Made by a program: the position numbers and the translations under genes | From: Odoribacter sp. UBA944 | Lineage (GTDB): Bacteria > Bacteroidota > Bacteroidia > Bacteroidales > Marinifilaceae | DNA: 64,000 nt | Assembly: GCA_002293375.1 (NCBI GenBank) | Contig: DBDA01000021.1 | Coordinates: 26,305-90,304 of the forward strand | Direction: 5' to 3' | Notes under the pieces: model-generated | The model's input: the letters and a program-made list of their open reading frames with translations, nothing else | What the model was told of the DNA's origin: nothing | Database searches by the model: none | Shown here: one piece after another, positions 19,458-27,625 of the stretch | How the letters are laid out: every line of letters starts with the position of its first letter | Position numbering within the stretch: position 1 is the first letter of the stretch

Positions 19458-20375
19458 TCAGGCGTTTTTTTTGATCCGTCCGGCGGCGTATTCGATGCCC
19501 CAGATCAGGAGGAATCCGCACAGGCACATGAGCAGGGCGGTCCAGACGCCGGTGTCGAATGTGTCCGGCAGGATGTTCCTTTCGGTAATCGCTTTTTCTA
19601 CGCCGTGCCGGTCGATGTAGGTTTCTAACGGCTCTTTCCACGGCCACACTTTGTTGAGCGACCCGATCATAAAGCCGGTCAGGGTGGCGACTGTTACGGC
19701 GTGGAAATTTTTCAACAACCAGGAGAGCAGGTGTGAGAAAGAGATGATCCCGGCGATGGCGCCGACCGCAAATAGGCCGATGACCGGAATGTTTAGTTCT
19801 CCGACTGCTCTCATGAGGTATTCATACTGTCCCAGCAGCAGCAGGATGAAGGCGCCGGAGATGCCCGGCAGGATCATGGCGCAGATGGCGATGGCGCCGG
19901 AAAGCAACACGAACCATCCTGTTTGCGGGGTGTTTGCGGGGCTTAATATGGTGATCAGAAAGGCGGCGGCGGCCCCGGCTGCCAAGGCGATGATTGTTGC
20001 GGTGTTCCAGCGGGCCACTTCTTTGGATACCAGTAGGGAGGAGGCGATGATCAGCCCGAAAAAGAGTGACCAGATCTCGGTGGGGTGGTGGGCCAGCAGG
20101 TAGGTCATTAACCGGGCCAGGGAGAAGATGGAGAGGCCGATGCCGCAGACGACGGCGAACAGGAAGTTGCCGTTCACCTTTTTCCAGAAAGCGCCGAATT
20201 TGCCGGTGAAGAGTAATTTAACCGCTTGCAGGTTGATGCTTTTGATGGAGTCCAGCAATTCTCCGTAGATGCCGGTAATGAAAGCGATGGTGCCGCCGGA
20301 GACGCCCGGCACTACATCGGCTGCTCCCATGGCGACTCCTTTTAGCACTACGAGCAGGTAGTTCTTTTTTTGCAT
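19458..20375 (-). CDS. DUF368-family polytopic membrane protein (candidate polyprenyl-phosphate translocase family)
   Basis: 305 aa, about 8 hydrophobic helices. 'GAADVVPGVSGGTIAFITGIY' and the duplicated 'ILPGISGAFILLLLG' are the DUF368 repeat motifs. Confidence 0.8.
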   Translation of the reverse strand: MQKKNYLLVVLKGVAMGAADVVPGVSGGTIAFITGIYGELLDSIKSINLQAVKLLFTGKFGAFWKKVNGNFLFAVVCGIGLSIFSLARLMTYLLAHHPTEIWSLFFGLIIASSLLVSKEVARWNTATIIALAAGAAAAFLITILSPANTPQTGWFVLLSGAIAICAMILPGISGAFILLLLGQYEYLMRAVGELNIPVIGLFAVGAIAGIISFSHLLSWLLKNFHAVTVATLTGFMIGSLNKVWPWKEPLETYIDRHGVEKAITERNILPDTFDTGVWTALLMCLCGFLLIWGIEYAAGRIKKNA

Positions 20376-20386
20376 CTGGTTATATG

Positions 20387-21946
20387 CTATTTAAAGAAGA
20401 CATTCCGGTGTTCTGTCCTGCGCAGGTCGAATACTGTTTTTACCGGGGAGAAGGTGCTTAACGGGACCTCTACGAAGAGGGTGATCCAGTTGGCCATCGC
20501 CCCGTTCCAGAGACCGGGCAGTTCTTGTACCCGGATCTCTTTCCCGTGGTAGGATTTTTCGGTAATGAACCCTTGAGAGTGGTCGATAAAGTCCAGCAGG
20601 TCGAACCGTTTTCCCCGGTAATTTTTTGTTCCGCATACTAAATCTACCGGGTTGAAGTGGGTGGAGCGGTCGAAGATCTTTTTTTGTTCTTTGTCTTTGG
20701 GGTCGATCTGGGCCGATTCGATGATCATGAGGCGCCGGCTTCCGTCGGCCGCTTTTACCCAGAACGGTCCGCCTCCCGGTTCTCCTTCGTTGCGTACCAT
20801 GCCGCATACCCGCACGGGCCGGTTGAGCAGGTCGAACAGGAAGCGGATGTGTTTCCGCCGGTCGGTAAATGTCAGGCCTTCGGGCTTTTTGTAGCCGAGT
20901 TGTGATTCGAGGAAGTGTTCGATTTCGTCTACCTGTTCGTCGGTGATGTTCCGTTTTATCAGCAGGTCTAATCGTTCGAATATTTTGCTTTGCATCTCCA
21001 GCAGGGTGCCGGCCAGCAGTTTTTTGTATTTGACGGTGTCTCCTTTGCTGCGGTCGGGCAGGACGTTGTCGATGTTTTTGATGAAGATGATGTCGGCTTT
21101 GATGTCGTTGAGGTTGTGGATGAGGGCTCCGTGGCCGCCCGGGCGGAACAGGATGTGCCCTTTTTCGTCCCGTACGGGTGCTCCTTTTTCGTCGATGCTG
21201 ACGGTGTCGGTGGCCGGTTTTTGTATGGAGAATGATACGTCGTATTTTACGTCGTATTTTTTCTCAAATACTTTGCATATTTTTTTCAGGCGCGCTTTGA
21301 AATGGGGCAGGTGTTCTTCGGATACGGTGAAGTGGAGGCGGGCTTCTTTTTCTACTTTGCCGTACAGGGCGCCTTCTACCAGGTGTTCGTCCAGGGGCGT
21401 CCGCACGAAGTCCCGGTATATGTGGAAGTCTATGAGTCCTTTGGGGGTGTTTCCGTAGTTCAGGCCTTTTTCGGTTAAGAGGAATTCCAGTATTTCCCGG
21501 TATTCTCTTTTTTCGAGCATTTTATCTATTTTTTTGCCGGTTTTCCACAGTTCGTTTTTGAGGTGTTCGTAGAAGGGGTATTCGTTGAGGCTGAGGAAGA
21601 AGTCCCGCATTCCGTCCCACTGTTTGTTTTGTATGAGGGTGAGGAAGCTTTCGTTGTCGTCCCGGTAGGTTTCTATGAAGTGGAAGAGGGCTTTGAACAT
21701 GCGGGTGGCGGAGCCGGAGGCGGGTACCATTTTGATTACGTCGGCGTTGCGGCTGCCGTTTTCGTAGAGGTCGATCAGGTATTCTTCTTCTTCGGCCGGT
21801 ATGGTTTTGATGCCGTTTTCCGGGGTGGCGGGCTCGCAGAGCTGTACGAAGCCGAATCCTTTTTGAAAGTTTTCCAACTGGTTGTCGATCGCCTCTTTTT
21901 TTATCCCGCGTTTTTTGAAATCCGCGATGTCCGCTTTTGTGTACAT
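20387..21946 (-). CDS. DUF4301-family protein (nucleotidyltransferase-like)
   Basis: The track ORF is 20387..22006. The likely start is 'MYTKADIADFKKRGI'. The layout 'VPASGSATRMFK ... RPGGHGAL ... NIDN' recalls UDP-sugar pyrophosphorylase-like folds and is typical of DUF4301. Confidence 0.7.
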   Translation of the reverse strand: MYTKADIADFKKRGIKKEAIDNQLENFQKGFGFVQLCEPATPENGIKTIPAEEEEYLIDLYENGSRNADVIKMVPASGSATRMFKALFHFIETYRDDNESFLTLIQNKQWDGMRDFFLSLNEYPFYEHLKNELWKTGKKIDKMLEKREYREILEFLLTEKGLNYGNTPKGLIDFHIYRDFVRTPLDEHLVEGALYGKVEKEARLHFTVSEEHLPHFKARLKKICKVFEKKYDVKYDVSFSIQKPATDTVSIDEKGAPVRDEKGHILFRPGGHGALIHNLNDIKADIIFIKNIDNVLPDRSKGDTVKYKKLLAGTLLEMQSKIFERLDLLIKRNITDEQVDEIEHFLESQLGYKKPEGLTFTDRRKHIRFLFDLLNRPVRVCGMVRNEGEPGGGPFWVKAADGSRRLMIIESAQIDPKDKEQKKIFDRSTHFNPVDLVCGTKNYRGKRFDLLDFIDHSQGFITEKSYHGKEIRVQELPGLWNGAMANWITLFVEVPLSTFSPVKTVFDLRRTEHRNVFFK

Positions 21947-22063
21947 GGTCCGAAGTTTAGGTAAACAATTCTTCTGCAAAGTAGGGTAATTATTCCCATT
22001 TTTCAAACAGATGGGCTCTTTATTCCAGGGTAACGGCCTGAAAAAATTCTTTTTCCACTGTCG

Positions 22064-22249
22064 CTTCGGTCTGTTGTTTCCGAAAGCGGGGCTCCGCTGC
22101 GGTTTACTATGCTCCGGCTTTTGCTGGAATCCGCAACCTCCTCAGTCGCGTTGCTCCTTCGTTGAGCAGGGCGGATTCCGGACGCTCAGCCGGAGCGAGT
22201 AAACCATTCGCAGCTCTCGCCCATGCTTTCGGAAATCAACAGGCCGAAG
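22064..22249. repeat. 186-nt near-perfect nested inverted repeat (long hairpin element: MITE/REP-like or structured RNA)
   Basis: Paired by hand. The outer arms are cttcggTctgttg-tttccgaaagc (22064-) and gctttcggaaaTcaacagGccgaag (-22249). Then come gctgcg..gtttact..gctccggct / agccggagc..agtaaac..cgcagc, then ggaatccgc / gcggattcc, then the apical cctCctca / tgagCagg. Confidence 0.8.
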
Positions 22250-22454
22250 CTTGGCGCGTTTCGGAAAATGATGTTGTTCCGGGAAATGTTTGGTGGATGT
22301 AAGTTTAAAGAACAGTAAATGAAATAAGCATTTTTGTGTTATTTTTAACGGGAAAGTGGACGGATGTAAGGAAATTTGGGTTACCTTAGCGCAGTGTAAA
22401 TCTGTATACTGGCAAAATAATGGAAAGAGATGCGTTTTTACGGATTTTTTTTCA

Positions 22455-22462
22455 TAATTTTG
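22455..22462 (+). promoter_or_regulatory. candidate Bacteroidota -7 promoter box (TAATTTTG) for the porP/sprF-like gene
   Basis: Exact TAnnTTTG match 55 nt upstream of the ATG at 22517, in an AT-rich stretch. I found no clean -33 TTTG at the expected spacing. Confidence 0.3.
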
Positions 22463-22516
22463 TATGTGGACGTTTTTTGAATAGCAGAGGTGGGACGTTT
22501 TAACTTGGTGGGGTGT

Positions 22517-23497
22517 ATGATGAAAAAGATTTTAACCATTGGCTTGTTGTTGTTGGGGGGTATCTGCACAGCGCAAAATGAGTTGTTTTCCCGGCAATAT
22601 TTTTTGAATAATTATTTGATGAACCCGGCTGTGGGGGGGATCAATGATTATATGGATCTGCGGGCGTCGTATAGCCGGCAATGGACGGCGATTGAGCACT
22701 CTCCTACATCCATGTTGTTGACTTTTAATGCGAACCTGGCCAAGGAGAAGGACCAGGTGTTGCGCTATTCGCCTTTTGAGAAACGGTATGCGGTGAGCAA
22801 GGGCGGCCTGGACCATTATGACCGCCGGATTAAGCACGGTGTCGGGGCGAAAGTTGTTTACGATAAGATCAACGGGTTTACGTATACGGATGCAACGGTG
22901 AGTTATGCCGCTCATATTCCGTTGACCGGGGCGTGGACGTTTTCCGCGGGGGTAGGGGGTGGTTTGTCGCTGTCGGCGATGGATCTTACCGGCCGGTATT
23001 TGGGGGAGGACTTGTCCGATCCGTTGCTGAACAACGGGAAGCGGAATGAGATGGTGCCGCTGGTGGAGGCGGGGGTTTGGCTTTACTCTACCGGGCCGTA
23101 TGTTGGCGCTTCTTTGACCCGTTATATGGAGGATCCGTACGATGAGGACCAGAAGGCGCGGTACATGAATATTTATGCGACGGCCGGTTGGCAGTTGCAG
23201 GCTTCCGAGCAGTTTGTGATCGTTCCTTCCGTGATGTACAAGCATGACGGTTATTCCGGGCACAATATCAATGTGAATGCGATGCTTTGGTTTACGGATA
23301 TTGCCTGGGCGGGTGTTTCGCTGCGCAATTTGGAGCATCCTTCGGTGCATGTCGGGGTGCTTTGGCGGAATACGCTGGAGTTGAATTATACGTATGACAT
23401 TAATAAGAGCGAATGGGGCGGCTCGCACGAGATCGGTATTGCTTACCGCATCTGGAACAAGGCCGATGATTGTAAGAATAAATGGTATTTTAAATAA
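22517..23497 (+). CDS. PorP/SprF-family type IX secretion system outer-membrane protein
   Basis: The track ORF is 22490..23497. The likely start is 'MMKKILTIGLLLLGG'. Signal peptide, then 'FSRQYFLNNYLMNPAVGG' (the PorP/SprF N-terminal signature). Beta-barrel-like alternating pattern and C-terminal 'GGSHEIGIAYRIW'. Confidence 0.85.
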   Translation: MMKKILTIGLLLLGGICTAQNELFSRQYFLNNYLMNPAVGGINDYMDLRASYSRQWTAIEHSPTSMLLTFNANLAKEKDQVLRYSPFEKRYAVSKGGLDHYDRRIKHGVGAKVVYDKINGFTYTDATVSYAAHIPLTGAWTFSAGVGGGLSLSAMDLTGRYLGEDLSDPLLNNGKRNEMVPLVEAGVWLYSTGPYVGASLTRYMEDPYDEDQKARYMNIYATAGWQLQASEQFVIVPSVMYKHDGYSGHNINVNAMLWFTDIAWAGVSLRNLEHPSVHVGVLWRNTLELNYTYDINKSEWGGSHEIGIAYRIWNKADDCKNKWYFK

Positions 23498-23505
23498 GCA
23501 GGGGG

Positions 23506-24726
23506 ATGGTACGAGCAGGTTTTCGGATCGGGTTGCCGGGCCTTTTGTTGGCTGTGTGGCTGGGGTTTTGTTTTCCGGCTTTTTCACAGGTGTATTATGT
23601 ATCCGTGAATGGCAATGATGGTAATAACGGCCAGAGTAAGGAGATGCCTTTTAAGACCATTTACAAAGCGCTGGCACAGCCCGGAGTGACGGAGGTGCTG
23701 GTTGCCGTAGGGGTTTATCCTGTTTCGGGGAAGATGGGGCAGCCGGGGGAGTTGGTGGTGCCTACGGGCGTCACGGTAAGGGGCGGTTACCTGGTTGTTG
23801 ACGGGACGATGACAGATACCCAGACGGACCATCCGGAAAGTATTGAAAACCAGACTATTTTACAAGGGGACTCCTCCTGCCGGATCGCGGTAGTGGGGGG
23901 TATTTTGGAGAACGTAACGGTTGCGGGGGGGCGCACCAAGGGGCAGAACGGAGGCGGCGTCTATGTGGAGCCCGACGGGGTTGTGCGGAATTGCATTGTT
24001 CGCAACAATTCGGCGACCGGTGGGAAGGTGAAGGTGGGTGATCTGTTTATGGAAAATTCGGCGGGTTTTTACTTTTTAAGCATGCAAAATTTCCAGATAG
24101 AGTTAAAGGAGCAGTTGGTGGGGGTTGTATTTTGGGTGAATCCGAACGACAATGTTCCGGACGAGGAGAAGGGAAAAGTGATTGCCTTTGCAACACAGAG
24201 TGCTAAATTTGCGGACAAGAACCCGGAAGAATACCCATTTTCAACCCCTTCTCCGCTGTATTATCCGACTTCCCGACTCGCTATGAGGGATCTGGATGGT
24301 GAACGAAATACGATTGATCTGCTTACTTACGATCCGACTATATTCCCGTTGACGAAGTCGTGTCGTGACTACAGAAGCGGTGAGGCGGACGCTGGCCGGT
24401 GGTATATGCCTGCTTGTGGAGAAGTTATGCAAATGTACGCAGAGTGGCTTGCGGTCAACAACACGTTTAAAATGGTGTGGGACAAAATGACACCGGAGGA
24501 GAGGATGCCCTGTTTTAATTTTCCGACGCGTGCTCTTGCTAATCGACCTTGGGAGGTCGCCGCCTATTGGTACGGCACATCCTTGTACACTTCCACGTTA
24601 TTTAGTGACCAAGGTATTTGGGTATATCAGAGTCCCCGTACAGTGGGTGTTCTGTTTAAAGAACAGACCGGAAGAAGTTTGTGGAATAGTGCCGGAGTAA
24701 TGACATATCCGATCCGAAAATTTTAA
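23506..24726 (+). CDS. secreted protein, small paralogue 1 of 4 (long form): beta-helix start fragment plus DUF1566/Lcl-C-like module
   Basis: 406 aa with a signal peptide '...CFPAFSQ'. 'YYVSVNGNDGNNGQSKEMPFKTIYKAL...VGVYPV' is a pectate-lyase-type beta-helix opening. 'GGGVYVEPDGVVRNCIVRNN' is a helix rung. 'VGVVFWVNPND' and 'GRWYMPACGEVMQMY' resemble the DUF1566 'WYLPSxxEL' core. Confidence 0.7.
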   Translation: MVRAGFRIGLPGLLLAVWLGFCFPAFSQVYYVSVNGNDGNNGQSKEMPFKTIYKALAQPGVTEVLVAVGVYPVSGKMGQPGELVVPTGVTVRGGYLVVDGTMTDTQTDHPESIENQTILQGDSSCRIAVVGGILENVTVAGGRTKGQNGGGVYVEPDGVVRNCIVRNNSATGGKVKVGDLFMENSAGFYFLSMQNFQIELKEQLVGVVFWVNPNDNVPDEEKGKVIAFATQSAKFADKNPEEYPFSTPSPLYYPTSRLAMRDLDGERNTIDLLTYDPTIFPLTKSCRDYRSGEADAGRWYMPACGEVMQMYAEWLAVNNTFKMVWDKMTPEERMPCFNFPTRALANRPWEVAAYWYGTSLYTSTLFSDQGIWVYQSPRTVGVLFKEQTGRSLWNSAGVMTYPIRKF

Positions 24727-24730
24727 TACG

Positions 24731-25654
24731 ATGAGAGCGGTAGTGATCAGTATATTGTTGTTTGCTTGTCTGACGGAATCTCGGGGACAGGGGATCGGAG
24801 GAGGGGTTTATTTGGAGGATAACGCCCTCTGTATCGGCTCTGTGGTCCGGAACAATCAGGCCCTGGATGGATTCGGGGTTGCGGGAGCTGCCGGGCACCT
24901 GATCAATTCGACGGTTGTGCAGAACGAGGTGCTCCCTGTGGACACGGTTGATTTCCAACCGGGCGATATCTATTGCGGAGACGGAAAGATACGGGATACG
25001 GCGGCGTACAGAAAACGGGACACCATGGATGCCATTGGCATTGTTTACTGGTGCCGCTTTGATTCGGATGTTCCTTACCCCCGGGGGGCTGTTGTGTCGT
25101 TGGAGGAGTTTCAGGGCCAGTGGGGGGCAGATATATATGTAGGGCAAGATCCGGAGATAGGTTATTCGACAAGAGGGTTAGATTATTCAATGGTGATGGT
25201 TATGGATACGGCCTGTTATACCATTACCCGGCATATTTACGAAGCGGCCAAAGCGTGGGGTGGAGGGGCAGAGTCGTACGCCGCTTACACCTGTTACCGG
25301 TATCATCATCCGGCCGAACAATCGACTCTGGAGCATCCGGATAGCAGGGAGGTGCAGTGGTGTTTGCCGACCTTCCTGTATTTTGTACGCATTTGGGCCG
25401 CCCTTCCGGAGGTGGAAGCGACCCTCTCTTTTTTGCAGGGGATGCGGGAATACGGGGGAGCGCAGTTGTTTTTGGCGGGAAAGGATTCCAGTAAGCCGTG
25501 TTGGTATTGGACTGCAAATGATGGAATGGGGCCACAAGGAAGGAATAGCGTGTTTCTCTTTGGTATATTTGGCGGCGTGCAGGCGGATTTTACACAGACT
25601 CTTGAATCCGATAAAAATCAACTTAATTACTACCGTCCGATTTTTATTTTTTGA
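24731..25654 (+). CDS. secreted or lipoprotein, small paralogue 2 of 4 (short form)
   Basis: 307 aa. Possible lipobox 'LLFAC'. 'GGGVYLEDNALCIGSVVRNN', 'IGIVYWCRFDSD' and 'VQWCLPTFLYFVRIW' align by eye with paralogues 1, 3 and 4. Confidence 0.65.
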   Translation: MRAVVISILLFACLTESRGQGIGGGVYLEDNALCIGSVVRNNQALDGFGVAGAAGHLINSTVVQNEVLPVDTVDFQPGDIYCGDGKIRDTAAYRKRDTMDAIGIVYWCRFDSDVPYPRGAVVSLEEFQGQWGADIYVGQDPEIGYSTRGLDYSMVMVMDTACYTITRHIYEAAKAWGGGAESYAAYTCYRYHHPAEQSTLEHPDSREVQWCLPTFLYFVRIWAALPEVEATLSFLQGMREYGGAQLFLAGKDSSKPCWYWTANDGMGPQGRNSVFLFGIFGGVQADFTQTLESDKNQLNYYRPIFIF

Positions 25655-25672
25655 CGGAGACGGGTACGTTTT

Positions 25673-26785
25673 ATGACGAGAAAAGTGAACATAGTGCTTC
25701 TGCTGCTGTTTGCAGGTTGTTTCCTCCCTCTTTCGGGGGGGGCGCAGGTCCGGTATGTCTCCTCTCCTTCTCGGGGAAACGGGAACGGAGAGAGTTGGGA
25801 AAATGCCTCAAGCAACATTGGAGAGATGCTTGCCCAGGGGAGTGAGGTGCGGGTGGCTTTGGGAACCTATGTGCTAAATGAAGAGTTGTTTGTTCCGGCG
25901 GGGAAACGGTTGACAGGGGGGTGGTTTGACGGCGAGCGGGTGGAGAGTGGAACAGAGAACACGGTCCTGGAAGCCCGGGGCGAACACCGGGTGGCAACAG
26001 TGGCCGGCTTGCTGGAAGGGGTGACGGTCACGAAGGGGTTGGCTGTGCGGGAGGATGGAGGCGGGTTGTTGGTCGAATCTACCGGGGAGGTGCGCAATTG
26101 CATTGTCCGGAACAACCGTTCGGCCCGTTATTATCCGCAGGTGGGGGATTATTTGGACAAAGACGGCAACCTGATACCGCAGGCGGGGTTAACCCCGTCC
26201 AATATGCCCGATGTGCGGGCCGTTGTTTTTTGGGTCAATCCGGATACGCTGGCGTCTAAAGGGAATAGAGGCTGGGCTGTAGCGGTGCCGGACGGGCCAG
26301 ACGGGGAGTTGTACAGTGGTCCGATGGATTTTGTTACCACTTGGGCTGAGACGGACGGTATATTGACCGATCATGCGTGTGCCACCCTGCGCGAAGCGTT
26401 GGCGGATACGGCCGGATGGGCGAATACGCAACGTATTGTGGCGAATTCCGACCCGGAAACGACGAGTGTGGCGCAAGCCTGTTTGGATTACGGGCGGGCA
26501 GGCGAAGAGATCCGGTGGTATTTGCCGGCGTTGGGACAGTTGCGTCATTTGGTCAGTGAGCTGTTGCCTGTGTATGCGTCTTATGCGCGCCTGATCCAGA
26601 ATGATGCGTATCAGAGTTTAATCATGTATAAGCCTTCTTACAGTTCAACCGAAGTAGGAGACAATGCTGTATGGAGTATACAATTTGATAGTGACTATTA
26701 CAATGAGAGTGGATACAACGGAGTAAATAAAACACGTAGAACTATCCCTAGTAATTTTCAATTAATACCGATAACCTCTTTTTGA
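25673..26785 (+). CDS. secreted or lipoprotein, small paralogue 3 of 4 (long form)
   Basis: 370 aa. Possible lipobox 'LFAGC'. 'VRYVSSPSRGNGNGESWENASSNIGEML...ALGTYVL', 'GGGLLVESTGEVRNCIVRNN', 'RAVVFWVNPDT', 'DTAGWANTQRIV' and 'IRWYLPALGQLRHLV'. Confidence 0.7.
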   Translation: MTRKVNIVLLLLFAGCFLPLSGGAQVRYVSSPSRGNGNGESWENASSNIGEMLAQGSEVRVALGTYVLNEELFVPAGKRLTGGWFDGERVESGTENTVLEARGEHRVATVAGLLEGVTVTKGLAVREDGGGLLVESTGEVRNCIVRNNRSARYYPQVGDYLDKDGNLIPQAGLTPSNMPDVRAVVFWVNPDTLASKGNRGWAVAVPDGPDGELYSGPMDFVTTWAETDGILTDHACATLREALADTAGWANTQRIVANSDPETTSVAQACLDYGRAGEEIRWYLPALGQLRHLVSELLPVYASYARLIQNDAYQSLIMYKPSYSSTEVGDNAVWSIQFDSDYYNESGYNGVNKTRRTIPSNFQLIPITSF

Positions 26786-26788
26786 GAG

Positions 26789-27610
26789 ATGAAGGGTGTG
26801 ATCTATACATGCATGGTGCTGTTTGCCGCCGTAAACGGGTGGGCTCAAACCGGGGGGGGGATCTATGTAAGGTCCGGCGGGAAGGTTGTCGGTACGGTTG
26901 TGCACGGGAATCTGGCGGAAGACGGGTACGGGCTTGCCGGAGGGGATGCGGAGGTGATCAATTCGACCGTTTGCACGAACGGGCCGATGGGCAACATCAT
27001 GGACGGCATACAACCCGGAGACATTTATTGCGCGGACGACACCATCCGTTCCCGGGCCGATTACGAGAAGAGAGCGGAAAAAGATGCCATCGGGGTGGTG
27101 TTTTGGGTAAACAGCAACTATTATGCCGCCTACCCGCGCGGGTATGTGGTGGCGTTGGAACAGTCCCTGCAACAGTGGACGGCAGGTATCCCCCGGTATG
27201 CAAACGCCCCCCTGAGCGATACGGCCTGTTACCAAAAGACACAGGAGCTGGCGGCGGCCGGCAATGAAGCGGCGATGTATTGCGCCGGATATGCCGCAGG
27301 CGGAGAGGTTGCAGGGAGATGGTGTATGCCGGCCGGGAGGCAGTTGTCGTTGCTGTATACGAATCAGGCGATTGTCAGCGAAACGTTGGATTTTCTCTCT
27401 AAGCCTGAGGAAGGGGCTGTTACAGGAAGTATAGCGGGCCTGGAGGAGACGTTGTATTGGAGTGTGAGCATTCGGGATGCGATGTATGTCTGGATGCAGG
27501 AGTTTCGGGCGCCGGAGGATATGGAGACGATATATTCAGGATCTTTTATCCGCCTTGATCCGAGTGCGGACCCTGCAGCTTATGCCGTACGTCCGATTTT
27601 TGTTTATTGA
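26789..27610 (+). CDS. secreted protein, small paralogue 4 of 4 (short form)
   Basis: 273 aa with a signal peptide '...VNGWAQ'. 'TGGGIYVRSGGKVVGTVVHGN', 'IGVVFWVNSNY' and 'GRWCMPAGRQLSLLY'. Confidence 0.7.
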   Translation: MKGVIYTCMVLFAAVNGWAQTGGGIYVRSGGKVVGTVVHGNLAEDGYGLAGGDAEVINSTVCTNGPMGNIMDGIQPGDIYCADDTIRSRADYEKRAEKDAIGVVFWVNSNYYAAYPRGYVVALEQSLQQWTAGIPRYANAPLSDTACYQKTQELAAAGNEAAMYCAGYAAGGEVAGRWCMPAGRQLSLLYTNQAIVSETLDFLSKPEEGAVTGSIAGLEETLYWSVSIRDAMYVWMQEFRAPEDMETIYSGSFIRLDPSADPAAYAVRPIFVY

Positions 27611-27625
27611 TTAAGCGTTTTGGCC

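Noticed and set aside
22011-22202. 63-aa ORF from the ORF track in the DUF4301/porP-like intergenic region.
   Set aside because: It lies entirely within the 186-nt palindromic element, and its sequence (…FGLLFPKAGLRCGLLCSGFCWNP…) is what a hairpin arm translates to. It has no start context and no similarity to anything I recognise.
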